Origin: an uncultured Candidatus Saccharibacteria bacterium
GTDB lineage: Bacteria; Patescibacteriota; Minisyncoccia; JAHIHE01; JAGLIN01
DNA length: 43,062 nt
Direction of reading: 5' to 3'
Assembly: GCA_964412905.1 (NCBI GenBank)
Contig: CAYPQL010000003.1
Location: forward strand, 1-43,062
The position numbers and the translations under genes were made by a program. Positions 41,477 to 43,062 of the stretch are shown one piece after another (position 1 is the stretch's first letter; every line of letters starts with the position of its first letter). The notes beneath the pieces are model-generated. The model made no database searches. It was not told the origin of the DNA and saw only the letters and a program-made list of their open reading frames with translations.

Positions 41477-42091
41477 ATGACCAAAGGATATTTTGCGGTA
41501 TTTGAGTCGGTATGCAAATGCGGCAAGACAACGATAGCGACTAAATTGACGGAAGCTTTAAAAACGCTCAATATGCCTGTTCTTCACAAGAGAGGGGCAT
41601 TGAGCGCTTCAAAGTTTTCTAAAAAATATAATGCTTTGAATATTAAAAGTTTAGAATATTCAAGCGCATTTTACTGGGCTGATGCTATCTTCAATACTCA
41701 AAATACTATATCGGCAATGCTAAGAAAAGAAATAGTCATTCAGGAAAGATATGATTTATCAATAGTTTCCTATCGAGAGGCCAATGGTCTGATTGGAGAT
41801 TTTCTTCTACTGGAAGAATATCTTGAAAGAGGACTGCTGATTAATCCCGATTTAACTGTTTTTTTGAAAGCAAAACCTGATGTAGTATTTGAAAGAATAA
41901 TATATGGCGAAGACACTTCTGCCGCAGACTTGGAGTTCTTGGATAATTCAGAAAAATTATTATCTATGCAAAATATTATTTTAAGCTATATAAAAAAGCT
42001 TGAAAGAAATTACATCTCCATAGAGACGGACAAAGTTAGTGTTGATGGCGCCGTTCGGATCATTATTGAAGAAATACTAAAGACACAATAG
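41477..42091 (+). CDS. Divergent dTMP-kinase-like P-loop kinase
   Basis: 204 aa. FAVFESVCKCGKTT occupies the position of the Tmk FI.FEG.DG.GKST loop, and ERYDLSIVSY that of DRY..S..AY. SD AAGGAG lies upstream. Confidence 0.5.
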   Translation: MTKGYFAVFESVCKCGKTTIATKLTEALKTLNMPVLHKRGALSASKFSKKYNALNIKSLEYSSAFYWADAIFNTQNTISAMLRKEIVIQERYDLSIVSYREANGLIGDFLLLEEYLERGLLINPDLTVFLKAKPDVVFERIIYGEDTSAADLEFLDNSEKLLSMQNIILSYIKKLERNYISIETDKVSVDGAVRIIIEEILKTQ

Positions 42092-42099
42092 GAGGATTT

Positions 42100-42978
42100 A
42101 TGCAAGACATCTATATAAACTATGATGATATAGAAAAGTTTAAAAAGAAAGCGGAAGTGAAAGTAGCGATTGTAGCCAGACCTGATTGGTTTATGAAAAA
42201 AGCGAAGCTTCAGCATTTAATAGTTGAGACTAAACTAGGCACTCATGATAGATTCTATCTTACGGAATATGATGGAAAAAAATTCGTAATAGTTTATGGA
42301 AGATTTGATAGGATTAGATCTATGTCATCTGATATAGACTACGAATTAACGCAAGAGGCAATATCTGCTATCGGGATAGAAACAATTATTGGAACATTTG
42401 TCGCGGGTTCCATAAAAGACGATGACTTTGCGGGGAGCGTGTATATTCCACATGATTTTGTAGGAATGGGTAATTATTCCCAGACTCGCAACAGAAATGG
42501 GTTTAAAAATGTGGATATGTTCACTCCGTTCTGTGAGGAAACCAGGCAGAAGTTGATCTTAGCTACCAAAAAAGTACCTTTTCCTGTGAACAATAAAGGA
42601 ATCTATGTATGTTTTCACGGCTATCCTAGGATAGAAACAAAAGCAGAATTGGATTTCTACGGAAGAATGGGATGGCACATGGTGGGGCAAACACTTGATC
42701 CTGAAGCAACTCTTGCGAAAGAAGCCGGCTGCCATTATTCAGCTATTGTCGCAACAATCGACGATAGAAAATTAAGGCAAAAATTTATGAATAATGATGG
42801 TGAAGCGAAAAGAGAAATAGAAAGCAATATCGCAGGAGGGAGAAAAAAGACTTTCGAAATATTCACGGAGTCTTTAGAAGAGCTGATAAAAGACAATTAT
42901 AACTGTAATTGCCTTGAGCAACAGAAGCATGTATTAGGAAAGAACAAACATTTCTATTATATGCCAATGCTTGATTGA
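42100..42978 (+). CDS. Divergent MTAP / purine nucleoside phosphorylase family protein
   Basis: 292 aa. GTFVAGS, TPFCEE.R, YVCFHGYPRIETKAEL, MVGQTLDPEATLAKEAGCHYSAIVATIDD parallels the MTAP pattern (GP.FET.AE, GMT..PE..LA.E.G..Y). The N-terminal phosphate loop is atypical (VAIVARPDW). Confidence 0.6.
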   Translation: MQDIYINYDDIEKFKKKAEVKVAIVARPDWFMKKAKLQHLIVETKLGTHDRFYLTEYDGKKFVIVYGRFDRIRSMSSDIDYELTQEAISAIGIETIIGTFVAGSIKDDDFAGSVYIPHDFVGMGNYSQTRNRNGFKNVDMFTPFCEETRQKLILATKKVPFPVNNKGIYVCFHGYPRIETKAELDFYGRMGWHMVGQTLDPEATLAKEAGCHYSAIVATIDDRKLRQKFMNNDGEAKREIESNIAGGRKKTFEIFTESLEELIKDNYNCNCLEQQKHVLGKNKHFYYMPMLD

Positions 42979-42994
42979 AATAATGAATCGGTTT

Positions 42995-43027
42995 TTAGAG
43001 GAAAACTTTTCCTCTAATTTTTTTATC
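42995..43027 (+). terminator. Intrinsic terminator ending the rSAM-kinase-phosphorylase block
   Basis: TTAGAGGAAAA / TTTTCCTCTAA followed by T7. Confidence 0.7.
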
Positions 43028-43062
43028 AAATAATTTTCCGTGGCTTCCGCCACAGGACAATT

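Noticed and set aside
1-43062. Alternative genetic code (UGA recoded, as in some candidate phyla)
   Set aside because: Long conserved genes (dnaE, rpoA, prfA, pheA) are read without interruption under the standard code. TGA serves as a plausible stop for several genes, for example at 12497-12499.

Overview
This is an AT-rich bacterial window on the standard genetic code: long ORFs are uninterrupted and TGA is used as a stop. Nearly all genes lie on the + strand.

Core content:
- a murE-like ligase and pheA
- the tail of the ribosomal-protein/alpha operon (infA-rpmJ-rpsM-rpsK-rpsD-rpoA-rplQ), followed by rplM-rpsI
- sppA and a fused-permease ABC transporter
- prfA and rpmE on the minus strand, then rpsB-tsf and a PSP1/RicT-like gene
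- two tRNA-Thr genes
- dnaE on the minus strand

Many genes lack a Shine-Dalgarno sequence, intergenic spacers are built from short word repeats, and proteins are small. Together these suggest a CPR/Patescibacteria-like genome, but that is inference only.

Two accessory regions stand out.

1. About 11.2-20.6 kb, directly after rpsI. This is an island of AntA-like, KilA-N, FRG-domain, FISUMP-domain and Shedu-type (DUF4263) genes plus several unknowns. It contains three copies of a promoter-plus-leader module. It also contains a clear SAM-I riboswitch in front of a 243-aa protein of unknown function.

2. About 37.5-43.0 kb. A ~320-nt module occurs twice, each copy just upstream of a radical SAM gene. 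Each copy carries a promoter, a very strong SD, a conserved 28-codon ORF and a long hairpin. The locus also holds an alpha/beta hydrolase, a rSAM-SPASM protein fused to a pyrophosphatase-like domain, a divergent dTMP-kinase-like protein and a divergent MTAP-like phosphorylase. I consider this the best candidate for an undescribed system. It could be a RiPP-like pathway or a nucleotide-modifying pathway.

Other observations:
- a Phe-rich leader peptide with an attenuator upstream of pheA
- greatly expanded, hairpin-forming spacers inside the ribosomal-protein operon
- a family of TGTCAT...ATCT composite palindromes
- a conserved ~100-nt element present twice, around a block of partly decayed genes
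- three single-base frameshifts, all at homopolymers; these may be consensus errors rather than biology
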